Position numbers and translations under genes: made by a program | Notes under the pieces: generated by a model | Told to the model about the DNA's origin: nothing | The model's input: only the letters and a program-made list of their open reading frames with translations | The model's database searches: none | Assembly: GCA_021432655.1 (NCBI GenBank) | Contig: MU271601.1 | Coordinates: 1 to 40,578 of the forward strand | Direction: 5' to 3' | From: Atractiella rhizophila | Taxonomy: Eukaryota | DNA length: 40,578 nucleotides | Shown here: one piece after another, positions 22,509 to 34,330 of the stretch | Position numbering within the stretch: the first letter of the stretch is position 1 | How the letters are laid out: each line of letters opens with the position of its first letter

Positions 22509-25500
22509 CTAGGGAGGCACGAAGCCTTGATTTTGAAAATCTGTGGGCATGGCGGCGCTCAACAATTCCCAAAGCCGATTTTCAGGGAGAGATGAAGGAG
22601 GCAACAATTGGTCACCGGGATCCGCGGGCCATTGCTGAGAGGCAAACCCTGTTGGAATTGCAGAAGTTGTATCGTTCGATCCGTTCACACTAGCGAAGTT
22701 GGGCATGGAGTATGGTGGACCGGTGAAACCGGTGTTGATCGGGAGTGCAGAAGGGCTGAAAGGATTGATAGACGATCCTACAACCGCAGAAGAGAAGGAG
22801 AGGATTGATGAGGAAGTGTTATTGCTGGTCACAGGTTGTGATTGCGAGGTGGAAGTGGAAGGTGGAAGGAATGGAGGAGTCGAATTCACTGGATTTGCTG
22901 AGGTATCTGTAGGGGTGGAAGTCGAAAGGGTCGTTGACGATCCGGATGCTTGAGACCCACTGTTTCCTGTTCCCGTGCTGGTCCCTGTGACAAATTCGGG
23001 ATTGTGGTTCAGGGCGTAGTCCTGAAACTTCTCGATCGAAGATACGAAGAGCGCAGAATCAGCATTCCCCCGTGGCGGCATAGGGTGATGATGATATTCC
23101 TTCGGGACACCAAAAAATGCCAAATGCGACCTGGGGATCTCACCATACCTCATCCTGTCCACTCCGTTCGCATTTGTTTTCGAGTTCAAAGGCCGCATAG
23201 CCGCTACGTTCTGCTCAAATCTAGTTGGAAAGAAACCCTTGGTGAGGATGGATGGATCGTTAAGTAGCTGTGTGAGGATCTTGGCGATCGAAGTCGCCAT
23301 TGGCACTTTCTCGCCTATCCTCGTCAAGTTCTGAATCAGCAATTTGCACTCCGCCTCCGTTGATGTGGCCCCAAAAATGTCTCCCGTCGCTTTCTTGAGA
23401 GCGTAGTCGCGGATAAGAGTCCTACCAGCTGTTGAGAGCGCAAAGCAGGAAAACGGATTGATGAACGCTCCTTCAAGCGCGTTTTGGTTGATCACGAGCA
23501 GTGCGGCGATAATGGCTTTCGAACTCGTTAGACATCTGATCCTACAGCATGAGACCACATCAAATCAGCCACTAGATGCTCTCCGCATAGAAGGAGGACG
23601 AACATGCTGATGTCGTCTGGATCTGCAGAACAGTAAGGAGCGTGGAGGAGGACGGTAGAAACATGTGAGAGGGCATGAGCGACATAGAGAGGAGCAGGAG
23701 ATGAGGTATGGTTTGGGCTGTTGAGAGATTTGGGGAAGGAGAGTCTGAATTCGACAATCTCTCGATCGAGGTTCTTAAAGTAGTCGCTGTCCCTAGCGAA
23801 GTCAGGATGTTCCATCCCCCTCTCCCTTCCCCATCCAGCATCTGTAAACAAGTAGTAAGCTCGAAAATGTCGTAACAAAGAGGAGATGACGCACGTTGTG
23901 TGAACTCTACTACCTTCGCAATTAACACACAAGCCTTAATTTGGAGTTGATAGCTGCCGACAATCTTCGGATCGTTATTGGTAAAGAATTGGGGTGCATG
24001 AATATCTAAGCTCTTGAGCACGAGTTCCTGATCTTCTGCACAAGTCGGCTTGACTGGCAAAATGGAAGTTATGTCATCTAGACGGACAGCCATGGACCAT
24101 CCTGTGGCTGCAGAGCAGAACCAATCGTGGAGTGCGGCGAACCAGAATGTTACAGCCCTCTCATACAGCTCGGTCGTAGACACCGGAGGCTCCATCGCCA
24201 TCCTTTTGACCCCAATCCGCTCCTGTTGTCTGTTTTCCATAGGATCCGATCGCTCGATGTGGTTCAAACCGAGAGCTATACACATCCGCACACTCAGACC
24301 GCTACATAAGGAGGCTCGTCAGTCATGTTGTGCATGTGCGCTAGAGAAAGAAATGACCTGAGGGTGTAAGCAGCCAGGAAACGAGACTGAGATGATGAGG
24401 CATGAGTGGATGTAATATCATGTAGAAAGGACCAACCTGAAGATAAGCATAGGTGGTGATAAGGACGAGAGACTGGGTGATTTGAAAGATGTGCCTCCGC
24501 TTATAATTCAAACCGAACTGTTTCCACCTGACCGTTCCCAACTGTTCGACAGTGCGTCAGCTCTGTCTCCCTGAAGCAAAGTCCCTCACCTCAGCCATTC
24601 CCAACGACCTCGAAACATTATAATGATAATCTCCAGGAGTCTCGAACGTTCCCCAATACCTAGTACGTGCGCCGACAGCCTTCCAGAGGGGGTCATCTGC
24701 TTCGACCTTCAGGGAAGCTAGGGCACAAATGGCGTGAAGTAGGGTCTCGTTGGGAAAATCTATGTCGGTGGGAGGGAGAGTGAGGCGTAAGAGGAAAGAG
24801 GTACGATCAAGGATGTCGGAGACAGTCACGTAGCGGGAGAAGAAGGCTTCGACCAGGGAGCGGAGGATAGTAGGGTGTGGAAGGGAGGAGGGATAGCCGG
24901 GATAGAGCAGCGTGAATAGAGTGTTGTTGGGATCTGTGTCAGGTAGGATAGATTGACTAGAGAAGTCGTCTGTTCCGTTTTGGAGAATTGGCGGACTTTC
25001 TCTTTGGAATGGGGTAGGAGAGGAAGACGAACCAGTCATTGGGAACCCGGCTATTCCCTCTTCGCCTTGTCCTCCCAACCCCACGATACCAGCCATCATC
25101 CCCTCGACATCAACACCTTGTGAGCTGCCGCTTGGTCTCCCGTCAGCCGAAGGGGATGGTTTTGGATTGGAAATGGAAGCCTTCCTGAGCATCCCCTCTA
25201 ACTCCTCCACCCTCCTTCTCAACTCTTCATTCTCCCTCTCCACCACGCCCTTCTCCTTTCCCACCCGTTTGCTTCCAGCCGGAGGGATAGCGGGCGGAGT
25301 CAAGGGGCGGGAGACAGGCACCTCATTCTGGGTGAAATTGTCGGTGTTCGAGGCACCAGGTGGATAGATGCATTCCACTTTCACTGGTTGACCTTGACGC
25401 TTCCGCCTGGATTTGGAGCATGGTGTGCTGCAACCGATTAATCAGCTGGGAATGTAGTATGCAGGAGTAGCGAACCAGACTGGTTTTCTGGCGTCACACT

Positions 25501-25748
25501 GCAGGGGCAGGAAACATTAACCTATTTTGAGCCGATGTTCTTGACTCGATGAGAAGGAGAGGACGCACTCTGATTTTACGACTTCTACACCTGCATATGT
25601 GTCCATTAGCTTCTTTAAAGTGATCAATGCTGGGAGACGGAAAGACTTACGTCCTGCATGCCTGATTCCTGTGCAACGCAGGGGTCTCAAGGTGCAAAGG
25701 ACCCACATTGTGGATTGCACTGAATTTTTGAGTGTTGGCTTCGTTCAT
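22509..25748 (-). CDS. Zn(II)2Cys6 fungal transcription factor with fungal-specific TF middle domain
   Basis: The binuclear cluster reassembles across small exons as NQACRT|CRSRKIR|CDARKPVC|TPCSKSRRKRQGQPVKVECIY. It is followed by a coiled coil (ENEELRRRVEELEGML), LPHPTILRSLVEAFF, LLHAICALAS and RMCIALGLN..ERAVTFW. Confidence 0.9.
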
Positions 25749-26446
25749 GCGACGTCTTGCTATACTCTTGAATATTCCGTTTGCATTCACAGGTTTATGC
25801 ACAAGTTCACTGGTATCGCTGCCTCCACAAGCAGAGTCTTTTGGCGACGGTCGTTTGTGTGCACTCTGAAAGTCACGGGGAATGCGAGAGCGGCGCTTTT
25901 ACTGCTGCTGCTTCGATGACCACAGCTTATTATAGGACCTTATATCCTTCTAGCCCAGACAGCATCGCTGCTTACTCATAGCTTACGCTGTCCTACGGCT
26001 CGTACCAACTCAAACAAGAGCTGTTTTGACCTTCACTCCGGCGGTTCCGTGCTGCAGGAGAACCGCTTCCTTGGGATTATACCTCTCATCCAAGTTTTCT
26101 GTCAGTTTTCTCGATGCATCATCAAAATCATTAAACTATGTGCCATGTTGATGGTCCAGATTTGTTGCGTAACTCTGCTACTTTCAAGTTTGTTGTGGTT
26201 GTGGCATCAGGCATCAGATTGCTCCTCCTCAGCGATTTTGAGGAAGACTTGCAACTTTCGAGATCCAACGTGCTCATCATCTCATCGTATAGACCATCCC
26301 TCTCCTTCTTCGACGTACGGGATTCATAGCGCCCGTAGTCGTAGATCAAGGATCACCGAAGCGCGAGACGATATAAGACGTCACGGACCACATCCACTCC
26401 TTCTGGCACGATATCATAACCGTAGCATCTCTCAGGGAAAATTAAA

Positions 26447-27562
26447 ATGGTCCGCACACCACGAGTGATAGTCGTCCGTCATGGTCTGTCCCTTCCTACT
26501 TCTTTTCGATGACATGGGATAGCATGCTGAACATACGTGCACAGGCGAAACGGAATGGTCCCTCTCTGGTCAACATGTTCGTTTCATTCTCCTCTTGCAT
26601 TCCTTAAAATTGAGGGAGAATACTTTAGACGGGTTTGACGGATCTTCCCCTAACCGAGAACGGCATCAAGCTCTGCAAAGAGACAGCAAAAGAGGTGGTG
26701 GGAGAAGGGAAGCTGATCGATCGTGAGCCCAGCTTATCCTTCCAACTTATCCCACAATACTCCAGGAAGGGACGACAACATTGACTGAATGGATGACCAG
26801 CGACCCGGGTATCACACATCTTCGTGTCTCCACGCCAGAGGGCACAGACGACTTTCAAACTCATGTTCGATGGACATAATATCCCTCCATATTCCACGGA
26901 CGAGGATGTGAGGGAGTGGGATTACGTGCGCCATCTACTCTAATCTTTTCATCCGGATCTGATAATAAAGGATGTGATGGTTAGGGAGACTGCGAAGGCA
27001 AAACGACTACAGATATCAAGAAGGCTCTGGGCCCAACATGGGACATCTTTGCGGATGGTAGGTGGTCCAACTCCATAAACCAATACTGCCCTTAAATCAT
27101 TGCAACCCAGGATGTCCCAATGGGGACTCGCCAACATCGATGACCGCACGAGTGGACCGTCTAGTGTCGAAGATCAAGAACATCCACATGTCATGGTACT
27201 CGCACTGCGACAGTTCCCCCTGTTCTGCCCTCAAACATTCTCACGAGTCCATACCCTCCATCGAAGGCGGGCCTGACTTCGAGACTCTCAAGAGGGAGGC
27301 GATCGAGGGAAGAGGAGGAGACGTTCTCATCTTCTCACATGGTCATTACACCAAATGCTTCTTGGCTAGATGGGCAGAGTTGGATATCGGCTTCGGTAGA
27401 GTATTCGTGACTGGTGCCGGCAGCATACAAGGTATGCCTTCCTCCTGCTCTTTAATACAAGACGTGCGGATCTTAATTTTTTGGGGAACAGTGTGTGGAT
27501 ATCAGCACAAGATGCTGGAAGAGGTGGCGATCGAAGCTCTCAACTGGTACTCTCAAGGCTGA
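26447..27562 (+). CDS. SHB17: Histidine phosphatase / phosphoglycerate mutase family, sedoheptulose-1,7-bisphosphatase-like
   Basis: [64 protein letters not shown] and DVLIFSHGHYTKCFLARW. Confidence 0.85.
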
Positions 27563-28380
27563 GCGCTGAGTTCTACAAGATCATGTCGTTTCAAGAATCA
27601 ATATGTGTCCAATGTTGTACAACCTAGAAGGGAAACTAAAAGCTAAAGAGTTGTTTCTCATATTGCATAGACTACTAGAGGAGACATAGCGCGTCCCAGA
27701 ACACGTAAGCACGTCATGACGTTTGCACGAAGAAGAGGAGAGGAGAAGAAAAACGTTAAGGAAGCACCGAAGCAGTGATGACCATAAGATCCCATTCATA
27801 TTCATACCCCCTTCTCTCCCCTCCCACCTGGTAGGATTGGAAGAAGCGAGAAAGGTTTGTAGTCGCATCGTAATTAACACGCAAACGGATAACGAAAGCC
27901 AGGAGAAAAGCAATTCAAGTAAAATGTGAAGCTAAGATAATTCCAAATTGGAAAAGCTGAGAAATATAACAGGGTGCGGCCTCTTTGATGAATGAAAGTT
28001 GTTCAAGGCATCGGGGAAGAGCGGTTCAAGCAAAGGAAACGTCCCTGGTATATGGAGCTATTTGAAAGGGAAATATAGTCTGAACGTATATTTGTCACGA
28101 ACAATCACTGAAATTTAGTTCCGGGAAGCAGAAAAAGTGGAGAAGCAATACTCTGAAGAGATAAGACTGATTAAGAAGACAATTTAACTAATAATGCAAA
28201 CAATGGAAGAAGTAGAAATAAAAAATCCACTCAAAGCACAAACACACGACGAGCCGAGACCTTTTTTTTCTTTTTTTCTTTTTTTTTCTTGAGAGGCAAT
28301 GTCAACAGAAGGGGCGAGATTGTGATTTAACCCAACCACCTGGTGGTGGGGCCCGGGGTAGATGTGTGTGTTGGGGGGGG

Positions 28381-28418
28381 GATACGATCGATAACGTGAA
28401 AGCGAAGATTGCAGGCAA
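28381..28418 (+). pseudogene. Short ubiquitin-derived fragment (DTIDNVKAKI)
   Basis: GATACGATCGATAACGTGAAAGCGAAGATT encodes residues 21-30 of fungal/plant ubiquitin. There is no upstream or downstream ubiquitin coding sequence and no flanking splice sites. Confidence 0.55.
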
Positions 28419-30284
28419 TCAATGCACGGCCAGCTGTCCAGCAAAACCTCTAGCTTCTCTCTCAAACTCAGCCGCTCTGGCTCTATTCAAGTTCGCGCAG
28501 GCGCCACGAAAGGTCTTCGCAGTCCTACCATCCGCTCCAAAGCTCGCACCGGTCGGCGCAAGCGGCGCAGAGGTGGCCTCCTTCGACCTTCCATCGCATT
28601 CCTCGCTTTCTTCTCCATCCTCCTCTCCATCCGCACCATCCTCTTCCGCGTCCGTATCCATATCCTCTGACTCCTCCTCCTCCGGCGTCGCGTACGCACG
28701 TACGGCCGCGGAGATGTTGGAGAATCCGTTCTTGCTCTGAGGGGGGAGAGAGCTGACAGATTTCCTGAGGGGAGCGTGAGGGTGTATGTGCGCAGTAGCT
28801 GCGTTGGTCGAGGTTGGGGTTGGGGTTGGGATGGGGGATGGAGTAGATGATTCGAGCCCGGTGTGGGTTTGAGTTCGGCGTAAAATTTGAGGGGGAGGGA
28901 TGATTGTGGTTCCGTGCGCGAGTCTCATGAGTTGGTCGGACCCTAACATCGTGGTCTTGCTGTGAACACCAGCACAAGGGAGAGGGGCAAGGGGTAGTAG
29001 GAGAGAAAAGGATACTCACATTTGCAAAACACGTCAGCATCGATATGAAGCCTATAATCCAACAATGCAAGGAACGCTCGTTCATTGATATTGATCTCCC
29101 TAACATCGAGACTTGAGATTTTTGACCAAGCGAGATTGGAGTAATTCCTATCTTGCAAGAACTTCGAAGCTGTGATAAGAGCAGCGAGGAACATCCGTCT
29201 TCCACACAAGACAGGATCGTGTCCGACAGCGATCAGCTCGTCCAGTTCTGCCTTGGACAGTAAGGACGATCCGCTCGCATTTCCGTCCACGTCCATCTCT
29301 GCCTCCCTGGCAAGATGAGCTTCGATCCGTCTTGACGCCTCATCTGCGCGATTGATCCGTTCCCTGATCATTCTTCTAGACCTATGGAGGTAGTAGAGAC
29401 CGGTCTGGAGGACTGAGGCGGACGTTCTGGAGCGACGAAGGACTTCTTTCAGGAACCAATTGAGTGGAAGCACCTTTTCACCCTGTGCTTGAGAAGCAGG
29501 AGCGGGTTCCGGTTTCCAAATGGACTCGATAGCCTTAACAGATGTAGCTGATCACATCAACCAAACGGAAAAAGTCGGAAAATTGGAAAAAAACCAAGAA
29601 TGCAAAGAAGGACCGTCAACTCCCATTCCTCTGCTGCAGAAGAAGAGGAGAAGACGCACCAACCAGTCCGTCGACGAACAATTGCTTCGCAGGTCCCTGC
29701 AGGCGATTCGCCAGAGGCAATCTGATTTCTTTTTCTCCAGTCCTCTTCCATCCTTCTGATCCGGATCCGGATCCTCCATCATTTGAGACCTCTACCAAGT
29801 CTCCACCGACCCGAAGCTCTCGCTGTCGGATGCCCAACTCTTCCTCTCCAACGGCTCCACCGACGATGGGGTTCGCAAGTGCGCTGTGCGTCCTCGTCGG
29901 ACCTGTGGTTTGTGCTTGAGGTTGAACCTGAGGCTGAGATTTGAGCTTGGGATGGAGTGGCGGGGTGGCGTATCCGAGGGCCGCGGCAACACCTCGGTCC
30001 ATTTTGATACTGGGACTAAACTCTTGAGAAGATGACATGGATGAAAAGGAGGAGTTTGAGGAGGATTTGGAGGCGCGGGAGAAGGTGGAGGAGAGGGAGG
30101 TGATGGATGAGGAGCGGGAGGAGTACGAATCGGAGGATCCGATGGACGAGGCGGGCGAGATGTTGGAGTGGTGTTGGAGAGGATTGAGCGGAGCGGGGGA
30201 ATCGTAAGCGCTGTTGAGCGGAGGTGAGTAGGAGGAGGAGGAGGAAGGAGGATCGAGTTGGGTGAGGATAAAACGTGCCGCCAT
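28419..30284 (-). CDS. Pho85-family cyclin (Pcl5/Pas1-like)
   Basis: LPLNWFLKEVLRRSRTSASVLQTGLYYLHR and LCGRRMFLAALITASKFLQDRNYSNLAWSKISSL..EININERAFLALLDYRLHI. Ser-rich N-terminus; two introns (~29548-29655 and ~28961-29019). Confidence 0.9.
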
Positions 30285-30601
30285 TTCCTTTTCGGCTTCT
30301 GAATGTTATAATGTTTTAAACGTGAATGGGAGAAAGAGTCTTTGTCCGTTTGAATATCCCTTGTGCGATTGTCGCGTCGAAATTGGATTCCTTGTCAAGA
30401 TTTGTTTGTGTCCTTGAACAAAGGATGTGTTGAAAATGTTAACCGTTTGACCGTGACCGTTGATGACTATGGCTATCTTTCTCTCGTCTTCCACACCTCT
30501 GTGGCTAAATCGGATCTGTAGTGGTTTGAGTTTCGGGATCCAGATTTGTGAGACCCGTCGCTGTAGAAGTGCTTGGATGAGGTTGAGAAGGCGAGAATGA
30601 T

Positions 30602-30658
30602 CTACTGAAGAGCCCAAAAGGGCCCTTCGAGGCCGGTGGCGGGGATGTTGCAATACAT
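30602..30658 (-). promoter_or_regulatory. Putative uORF MYCNIPATGLEGPFWALQ* in the cyclin 5' leader
   Basis: This is the only minus-strand ATG between 30285 and the putative 5'UTR intron acceptor at ~30749. Confidence 0.5.
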
Positions 30659-31655
30659 TTCGATGTTGTTACTTTGCTATGGGGAGGTTTCGGTGGAAGG
30701 CTGTGGTTGGGATATGTAGTGGCGCACGAGTCGAATCAGAGGGGGTGACTATGCGATGAAAATTTTGGTGTCAGCAAGGTTTTGTATTGTATCGTATGAC
30801 AAGCGGAGAAGATGATTCGGTGGATGAGTCGACGTTCGTTGGGTGAAATTTTTCTGATTTTTTCTGATTTTTCTGATTGTACTGTGTCATGAGAGGATGG
30901 GCATCGAAATGAGAAGAATATCCTGAAGAAAGACTCACAAGCAGAAAGTGGATTTCAACACGCTATACGAAAGATCATCGTCTTGATGTCAGTCCCTTGG
31001 GGTGATGGGTGTTGTGGTGGTGTTAGAGGTCTAGATGAGGATTCCCCAGTGCAATCGAAGTGCTCGATATAAGGGATGGCTGATGGTCAGGAGTACAAGG
31101 ATGTAAGCGTATAAGAGTTGCTGAGTGAGGAGTGCAAAACTTGAGGGTGGCAATGAATGTTGGGTTCAAGTGACTCGGAAGTTAACCTTCATTCCGCGCT
31201 AGTGAACCTTAGTCTGCTGTGACAGTCTGACTAGCAACCGATTACAGCAACATCGTAAAAACGGTGCCCTTTCTGCTCGTCGCACTCTAATCCATATTCT
31301 CCATTATTCACAATTATGCATTGTTCTGTGTCGTACGAATTGCTACGTCTGAGCAAGGGAGACCGTAAGTACCGAGCAACACAAAGTAAGAGAAAAATGC
31401 AAAGTGTCGCACGACACCATCAACCTTGAAAGTGCGAGGTGCGAAACGACGGACACCACCTTTTAATTTTCCTCCCCAGCCAGTTGCAGAGCCAGAGGAC
31501 CTTGAGGAAGAAGGAAGGGGCTCCCAGATTCCCGATATCACCAGCCAGCAATACCGAGGTACTAAAACGGGCATCAAATACAAAATACACTCAGCTGCAT
31601 CATAAGGCGCTTGCCAGTTGAGACATAAAAAGTCAGCAGGTCTCATCATCCCACG

Positions 31656-33976
31656 ATGTCCTCTCAGAACAACAACGACCATCCCCTATCCCTCCCCCTA
31701 TTCTCAGCCAACATCGCTCCCACATACTCTCCCCTCTCAGCTACCAACAACGACCAAGCGTCGACTTCATCCTTCCAACCCTCAAACCGAGAAGCCTTCG
31801 AGAGACAGAACTCGCTCCCAATCCCAACCGTCAAACCGAAGCGACAAAAGTCCTTTCATCTCCCCGCCCTTGCCACCAAAGCTCTAGGAGGTCGAACCGC
31901 CGGAGGGGCTAGGAGCGCTTTTCCTCGGAGTGCTGGTACCAAGAAGAATTTGACGCCGTACAAAAAAGCAGCCACCAAAGATTCGTTTCGAGTGCCTAAT
32001 AATAGCAATAATAGTAGTGGGAATCGAGAATCAGGATACGATAATTTGTTGGCTGTTGGAGACGTCAACGAGAGAGATCTTCAGGTGACAGATTCTGACG
32101 ACGAAGACGAAGAGGAAGAGAGAAGAGGAGCGAACGGGAACGATTTCAATTATAGGAGCATGAACGATCCAAGCGCCAGCATGTCGTCTTCGAATGCTAA
32201 AGGGTTCAAGGACAGAGATTTTGAGGAGGACAGGGGGACTGATAGATTCGCTTTTATACCAGACCACCTCTGGGGAGGAGGAAGAGAACGGAAGGCTAGG
32301 CCGAAACAGAAGTGGGGGGAGAGGGGGAGGTTGATCTTGGGGTACCTCCCTGGTGCGTTTTCCGTCTCCATCACTTCACCCTTTACCTAACCGCTTTCCC
32401 TCTTCCGCACACGTCACGCGACTGACATTACGTGGCGCACAGATTGGATAATTACCATCGTCCTCGGCGGCGGCTTCCTTGTCAGTTCTTCTCCCTCCCT
32501 CCTTCGTCACACCGAGCTTGGGATGTAGGCGTTAGACAAGATCGACGGTTTCCGCCGCGAGTTCTCGCTCACCGACACCTCTATCCAACACACCTTTGCG
32601 ACCAAAGAACGCATACCCTTCTGGCTCGCAATCGTGATCGCCGGCGCTGGTCCTCTGTGAGTCTCGACTCTCCTTCCATTTCCCTCCTCTTCCTCTCGCT
32701 TCCCCCTCAAGCTTGGCTGACTAATCATTTGTGGATGATAGAGCCATTATTCTCTTCGTCTCTCTCGTCATGATGCGAAACTTCTGGGACGCCCATAATG
32801 GTTGGTTCATCTCCTCCACCTCCACGCACTCCTTTCGAAGCTCGAAAACCTTTAAGACTATGAAGCTTTGAACGCTTTGACGTTTTGTGCTCTAAGGGAT
32901 TGAAGAAATCTAATAGATTGTTGTTAGGATCTCTGGGTCTGCTGCTCTCGTGGGCCATAACGGAATCCCTCACCACTCTCATTAAAGTCACTGTTGGGCG
33001 ACCGCGACCCGACCTCATCGATAGGTGCGTCTCTTCCCGCCCCTTCCCGTCACATCATCCGCAGTAACCTATGCTGATTTGTTGGATATGGCAGATGTCA
33101 GCCTGCAGCTGGATCCGTGAACGCGCCAGTGTACGGTCTGGTGACCTCTGCGATTTGCACACGCACCGACCTGCTCACTGACGGCTTCCGGAGCTTCCCT
33201 TCTGGTTCGTCTTCTCCCTATCTCCATGTCGGCGTCGATTTTGATGGGCAATAATGGATAGGTCACAGCAGTGGAGCGTTCTGCGGACTCGGATACCTCA
33301 CCTTTTACCTCGCTGGAAAGTTTCACCTGTTTGATAGGAAGGGACATGCCATCAAAGCCTGGATAGCCGTCATCCCTCTCTTCGGCGCTGCCTACGTCGC
33401 CATCTCTAGGACTGAGGACTACCGGTTTGTTCCCCATCCCTCTCTTCGTCTGGCAGGCGTACGTGAATGCTGAGGATGTTGGTAATGCGGACAGGCACCA
33501 CGCTACCGATGTGATTGCAGGCTCGCTCCTCGGACTCGTCCTGGGATATATCTGCTATCGCTTGTACTATCCTGGTCTGCACGAGAGGACCTGTCACCTC
33601 CCATATTCTCCTCGACACACGCGAAGGAGAAGGGACGGGAGCATGGATGACCACGGGATGGGAGAAGAGGAGATACATACGGGCGGGATGGCAGGATCTA
33701 TTCAGGAATTCGATAGGAATAGGAATCGCTGTAGGTATTCCCCTCCTTTCTGCGCCAGAAACCTTTCCCCATTCCTCCCCTTTGATTCCCTCTAGAAATG
33801 CTGAATGCTGATGTATGTGTGATGGTGTGCGTGTGGGAGCAGATGACGTCCCCCTAGGAACGCAGCCTCGTCCTGGACCCGGATTGCCCTTGAATAGTCA
33901 GGGAGAGATGGGGAAGGGGAATTCGACCACCAGTATGAGCGCGTACGACATGCCGGTCAGGACCGTATCACCGTGA
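31656..33976 (+). CDS. DPP1: PAP2-family lipid phosphate phosphatase (Dpp1/Lpp1-like)
   Basis: All three PAP2 motifs are present: KVTVGRPRPDLIDRC, FRSFPSGHSS and SRTEDYRHHATDVIAG. Long hydrophilic N-terminus. Confidence 0.9.
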
Positions 33977-34330
33977 TCTAGGGATCCTCATTCGCATCTA
34001 CGTCCTTAGAAGACGCATCCGATTCGCCAACTTCATACTCGATAAAAGCATTGAAGATCAAACATGGACACCTCAAGCTTGGTTTTTTTTTCGTGCAGTG
34101 CATCATAGTAATTAAGTAATATGATAAATTTCTTGAATTGCATGATACCTTGCATTTTCATTATTGTTTGCAATACCTCTACCGTCACAGCCCTCTAAAC
34201 TTATTGGTCAAGGAAGACAAAATGTTGCACGTGACACGCGAACTTCGCGTCGGCCACCTTTTTATGATTGGCGTTACTCTGAATCTCACGACACGCTTAG
34301 TAGGAAGCCGTCTTACCTCTAACTCTTTAC

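Noticed and set aside
26131..26349. 72-aa minus-strand ORF between the TF and SHB17-like genes
   Set aside because: Non-ATG start, no recognisable motif or clear splice structure; likely promoter or UTR sequence.
28261..28290. Poly-T tract suggestive of a retro-element tail or terminator
   Set aside because: No target-site duplication or element body is visible; compatible with ordinary 3'UTR sequence.
30848..30880. TTTTCTGAT x3 tandem repeat
   Set aside because: A short slippage-type microrepeat inside a putative UTR intron; no spacers, not CRISPR-like.
3194..33976. Apparent metabolic cluster (DGK1 + DPP1 acting on PA/DAG; NAD kinase, SDR, quinone reductase, SHB17, MFS transporter and Zn2Cys6 TF)
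   Set aside because: The genes are interleaved with unrelated housekeeping genes, and there is no backbone enzyme (PKS/NRPS/terpene synthase). Co-occurrence is adequately explained by chance.
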